64,000 bases of DNA. Origin: Eledone cirrhosa. Lineage: Eukaryota. Of the stretch, positions 59,306 to 64,000 are shown in pieces. The notes under the pieces were generated by a model. That model did not search any database. It saw only the letters and a program-made list of their open reading frames with translations, and had not been told where the DNA came from. Both the position numbers and the translations under genes were made by a program. The number at the start of each line of letters is the position of its first letter. Positions within the stretch are counted from its first letter, which is position 1. The stretch lies in the NCBI GenBank assembly GCA_964016885.1, contig OZ024760.1:12896001-12960000 (forward strand), read 5' to 3'.

Positions 59306-59944
59306 GAATGTTACCGTGGTCGTCGCCATTTTTCTTTGCTTCCGTGAAACGTAATACTGTAATGGCAGTTATGTTACTTACAAGTTGCTAAATGTTAAGA
59401 CAGTCGCCATGTTGCTTCGTTCTTGCGTAATGCTATGATGATAGGAAAATTGCTTCGCTGTTGCTTAATCCTTTAATGGCTCTCTCTCTCTCTCCCTCTC
59501 TCTCTCTCTCTCTATCATGGAAACAGTTCAATGTTATTTGCTGACTCACTATAAGAACGGTGATATAAATATAACAAACAGCATCAAATTTATTGAATAA
59601 TCCTTAACTTGAGGACTTCCTTAAAACTAAACATTTTTCACAAATTCTACCCGAAAATTACACAACACCCAGGAACAAGATTCAAGTCAATAAACTCTAT
59701 TCTGCGATCTATGCTGGAATGGCCAATATAAAAGAATGCTGCAAATATTCCTTTTGTTTCTACAATGCACTATATTCTAAACCACACTGTCAACTACTGC
59801 ATTCCTTAGTTCTAGAACACAGAGTCTTTGGGCTCCACTGGGTTCCACCAGCTTTTAAAATACTCCAGACGCAATATTATGTGTTCATTAAGAGCTGTGA
59901 GATTAGTGATAATTAACACATACACACGCACAGACACATACACG

Positions 59945-59981
<37 letters not shown>

Positions 59982-59984
<3 letters not shown>

Positions 59985-60150
59985 GGAAGAGGTTTAGGAC
60001 CCCGACGGCTGAGCTCCGGCCGTTTCGACAGCTAGATCCGAACTAAGCCACCAGTATTTTCCTATTACCCACTCTACTACCCATAGTATTGAGTACTCTG
60101 GTGCGTTATAGTCCATCTGGTATATCTTACCACACCCTCTCTGTTCTCTC
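59982..60150. mobile_element. Family B element (inverted plus forward) in (TA)n
   Basis: GGACCCCGACGGCTGAGCTCCGGCCGTTTCGACAGCTAGATCCGAAC then CCTATTACCCACTCTACTACC..GTATTGAGTACTCTGG. Confidence 0.6.
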
Positions 60151-60152
60151 TC

Positions 60153-60189
<37 letters not shown>

Positions 60190-60435
60190 GACAAAGAGAG
60201 AGGCAGGGAAGTCTTGTAATCTCAGTTACTTAACACCCATGAAATTGGGATAAGTTCGAGTTTTGCCCAACCCGAACAATCAAGGAAGATCGTATGTAAG
60301 CCGTTATCTATAACTAACTCATCCCCCAATTGTCTCTTAATTCTATTCTATTTTATTTTATTTCATTAACAGTTTAAAACAACAGATATAGGTTGGAATG
60401 AAGTAGCTTCAACTACAGAGAAGTTTCCTTTTGAA

Positions 60436-60617
60436 ATAATTGTTTCTACTTTTGGCACAAGGCCAGCAATAACCCAGTACATTACAGGTACTTTATTTTA
60501 TCGACCCCGTAGGGATGAAAGGCAAAGTTAACCTCAGCGGGATTTGAACTCAGATCGTAAAGGGACGTAACTACGCTGGTAAGCATGTCTGACCCTCTAC
60601 CAATACTGCCAATTCGA
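60436..60617 (-). mobile_element. SINE S1
   Basis: Family match. Confidence 0.85.
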
Positions 60618-60905
60618 AAATAAACTAATGAAACGCAATAATTATGTTGCCACTTAGCGAACATTTGGTTGTTACGAAGAAGTTATTTCATAGAATAACT
60701 TAATGTGATAAGGAAATAAAATAAGGGATAAAAATAAAGACAGAACAGCAAATATAATAACGAAAAGATAATATTAGAATAATGAGAAACGGAAAAAATA
60801 ATAGGGGAAAATTTGAAACAAGAAAAATAATGAAATAAATGTACAAAAAAAGGAAAAAAATATATATATTTATATATATATATATATACATATTTATTTA
60901 TATGC

Positions 60906-60953
<48 letters not shown>

Positions 60954-61628
60954 TTATATGTGTAGATATATATATATATTTATTTATATGTATATATATT
61001 TTTTTATATGTGTATATATATATATATATTTATTTATATGTATATATATATATATTTATTTATATGTATATATATATATATTTATTTATATGTATATATA
61101 TATATATTTATTTATATGAATATATATATATACATTTATTTATATGTGTATATATATATATTTATATGTGTATATATATATATTTATATGTGTATATATA
61201 TATATATATTTATATGTGTATATATATATATATTTATTTATGTGTATATATATATATATTTATTTATATGTGTATATATATATATATTTATTTATATGTA
61301 TATATATATATATATATATATTTATGTATATATATATATATATATATTTATGTATATATATATATATTTATGTATATATATATATATTTATGTATATATA
61401 TATATATTTATGTATATATATATATTTATGTATATATATATATTTATGTATATATATATATATATTTATGTATATATATATATATTTATGTATATATTTA
61501 TATATATATATATATTTATGTATATATATATATATTTATGTATATATATATATATTTATGTATATATATATATATATATTTATTTATGTATATATATATA
61601 TTTATGTATATATATATATATATTTATG

Positions 61629-61659
<31 letters not shown>

Positions 61660-61671
61660 AGAGTGAGAGAC

Positions 61672-61705
<34 letters not shown>

Positions 61706-61815
61706 CGCGAAATAAAATTTGGTAAAAAAATGTTACAAGGAAAAACTGAAATATTTGTTTTTAAAGAATTTGTCTGAATTGTTAGATATATTTATTTATT
61801 TATTCATTTCAAAAC

Positions 61816-61868
<53 letters not shown>

Positions 61869-62351
61869 TCTATATATATATAAACTTACTTTTTTCTCTT
61901 TATTACATTTTTGCCTACGTTTCTTTCTCATTCAAATCCTGTCTCTTACTAATATCTTAACACCCACTATTCCTGTCATATATCTTTTAATCTCTTTATT
62001 ACAATTATTATTATTATTATTATTATTATATTATTATTATCATTTATATAATTGCCGTTTCAAAAATTGGCTTTTTAAAAAGATAAGTACTTTTTTTTGC
62101 ATTAAATGATGCCCTCCCTATAAAGGAATGTAAAGAAAGGATATATAAACCAGATGTGGTCCGCTCGACTCCAGGTAAAAATCTTCATCAATTCATGACT
62201 CATTTCATTCCTTTGTACCTCCTACGACCTAGCTAAAAGGGTGGGGCTTTCAGTTATATTCTGGCGAAAGACTGATGTGTCTATTTCTAATACTAAATCT
62301 GAAATGTGTTTTATTTTGCTATCAACATAATGATATATACATTCCAATGGA

Positions 62352-62460
62352 TAATAATAATAATAATAATAATGCTTTCTTTATTAACCACAAGGGTTGA
62401 CATAAAGTAGACATTAAGGAGAATACAGGACGGTACAAATGGGCATTTATGGTGTAAAAA
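62352..62460 (-). mobile_element. Probable LINE 3' end with AATAAA and (ATT)n tail
   Basis: Minus: ...CCCTTGTGGTTAATAAAGAAAGC(ATT)n. Confidence 0.4.
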
Positions 62461-63189
62461 AACAAAATTATATACATAATATATGTGTGTGTGTGTGTGT
62501 ATGTGTGTGTGTGTGTGTATAAACACAAGGGGAAAGGAGATTAAATCGACCCCAGTGCTTTACTGGTACTTTATTTTATCGATCCCGTAAAGATTAAAGG
62601 CAAAGCTAACCTGTATTTAAGAATAATGCATATACGATGTCATTTAAGTCTACTAAACATTTAAAATGTTTCCATCTTCTCTGTAAACCCCATGGCTCCT
62701 GGTTCGATCCCACTGCGGGGCACTTTAGAAAAGTGTTTTTTTTTTACCATAGACTCGGATTGGTTAATACATAGGTAATCGAAGTACGATTATTTAAGGA
62801 GACAAATCCCAGCCCAGTCCTAGGATCGTTCTCACATCCTTAACATTCTAACCACCAGGAGGAGTTAGTCATAAAATCATCATCATCAACAACAACAAAA
62901 ACAACAGCAACAATAAAAACACAATAAGAAAAAAAAAAGAAAACAAAATAAAAAAACATTCTAGATAATTTAGATAATTCTAAATATAGGTTCACTTTCA
63001 ACTTAACTACTTTGGGTGTGATACAAACTGCTCCTCACATCTTAAAGAAATCGGGAATCTGTATTTAAAGTGAAGCAAGAAACAGCATCATTTGTAAACT
63101 AAAATAATTAGAAAAACGCTACAAATATTTAAAAACGGAAAAGGAAGGGAAAAGTAGGGGTTTTAGGGCCACAGAAAAGCTCCTGAAAA

Positions 63190-63415
63190 CACTGCTGATT
63201 GACGACCTCGGGGATGTGATTCACACAAGATGCAAGCGCTGGTACGGCCATGTCGAGCGCAGTAAAGGCAGGATGAACAAAGTGATGAAAGTCGATCCAG
63301 GGGGCAGTAGAGACCCAGGGAGACAATGGTATGGCCATGTCAAGCGCTGCAGTGAGGGCTGGATCAGTAAAGTGATGAATGTCGATCCTGGAGGCAGTAG
63401 AGACCCAGGGAGAAC
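63190..63415 (+). pseudogene. RTE-type LINE ORF2 C-terminal fragment, tandemly duplicated (~87-90 bp unit)
   Basis: RWYGHVERSKGRMNKVMKVDPGGSRDPGR / QWYGHVKRCSEGWISKVMNVDPGGSRDPGR match the RTE RWYGHVxR...GxRxxGR motif. Confidence 0.75.
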
Positions 63416-63711
63416 AACAAGGATTATTATAATAGGTACAGAAACATATTTTAAAGCCAATAAATTCTTCTACTTTCTTCCCTCGCCGAAGTCTATATTT
63501 TTCTGGGCGATAAACTACGTTATATTTATAAACTATAGTAAGTAGTTACACTAGAAGTTAAATTAGGGGGGAACATTTCATGAAATTCAAAGGGGAAATA
63601 TTTCGGGAAGTTGAAGAAGAAATCTATTCGTTTCTTTTCAAAAGCTGACATTGTATATCTGGCTGATAACAGAGGTGTGAATTATTCATAGAGAAAACGT
63701 CAGATACAGAG

Positions 63712-63802
<91 letters not shown>

Positions 63803-64000
63803 CATATATATATGCCATCCATATACATACAGACATATGTATGTATATGGATGGTGGATAGGGTATTGTGTGTGAATCACACAGTGTATGTAGAGGAATA
63901 CGTACGCATATATATCACTATCTACCATCCATATATATATAATTATATACATACATACACAAACACACACACACATGTATATATATATATAATATATATA

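Noticed and set aside
62123-62142. GGAATGTAAAGAA resembling miR-1
   Set aside because: 5' and 3' parts deviate from miR-1 and no precursor hairpin is evident

Overview
A very AT-rich, microsatellite-saturated eukaryotic non-coding window; the repeat families suggest an octopod/coleoid cephalopod genome (inference). I cannot confidently identify any host protein-coding gene. Nearly all ORFs in the supplied track are artefacts of (TA)n, (CA)n, (GA)n, (GGT)n and (GAA)n tracts. Recognisable content: about 20 copies or fragments of one tRNA-derived SINE family, a second CORE-like SINE family, and short 3' fragments of several LINE clades (an R4/Dong endonuclease domain next to a (TAA)n tract, RTE-type, CRE-type). 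There is also a hAT/Charlie-type MITE and several minisatellites amplified from pieces of the SINE. The most interesting signal is at least four unrelated short repeat families sitting in (TA)n/(TACA)n tracts. They often form inverted or palindromic pairs and fold by eye into type I hammerhead-ribozyme architectures, two with non-canonical cores (CAGAAGA, CGGAUGA). This fits Penelope-like element termini or non-autonomous ribozyme-bearing retroelements. All structures were read manually; no searches or folding programs were run.
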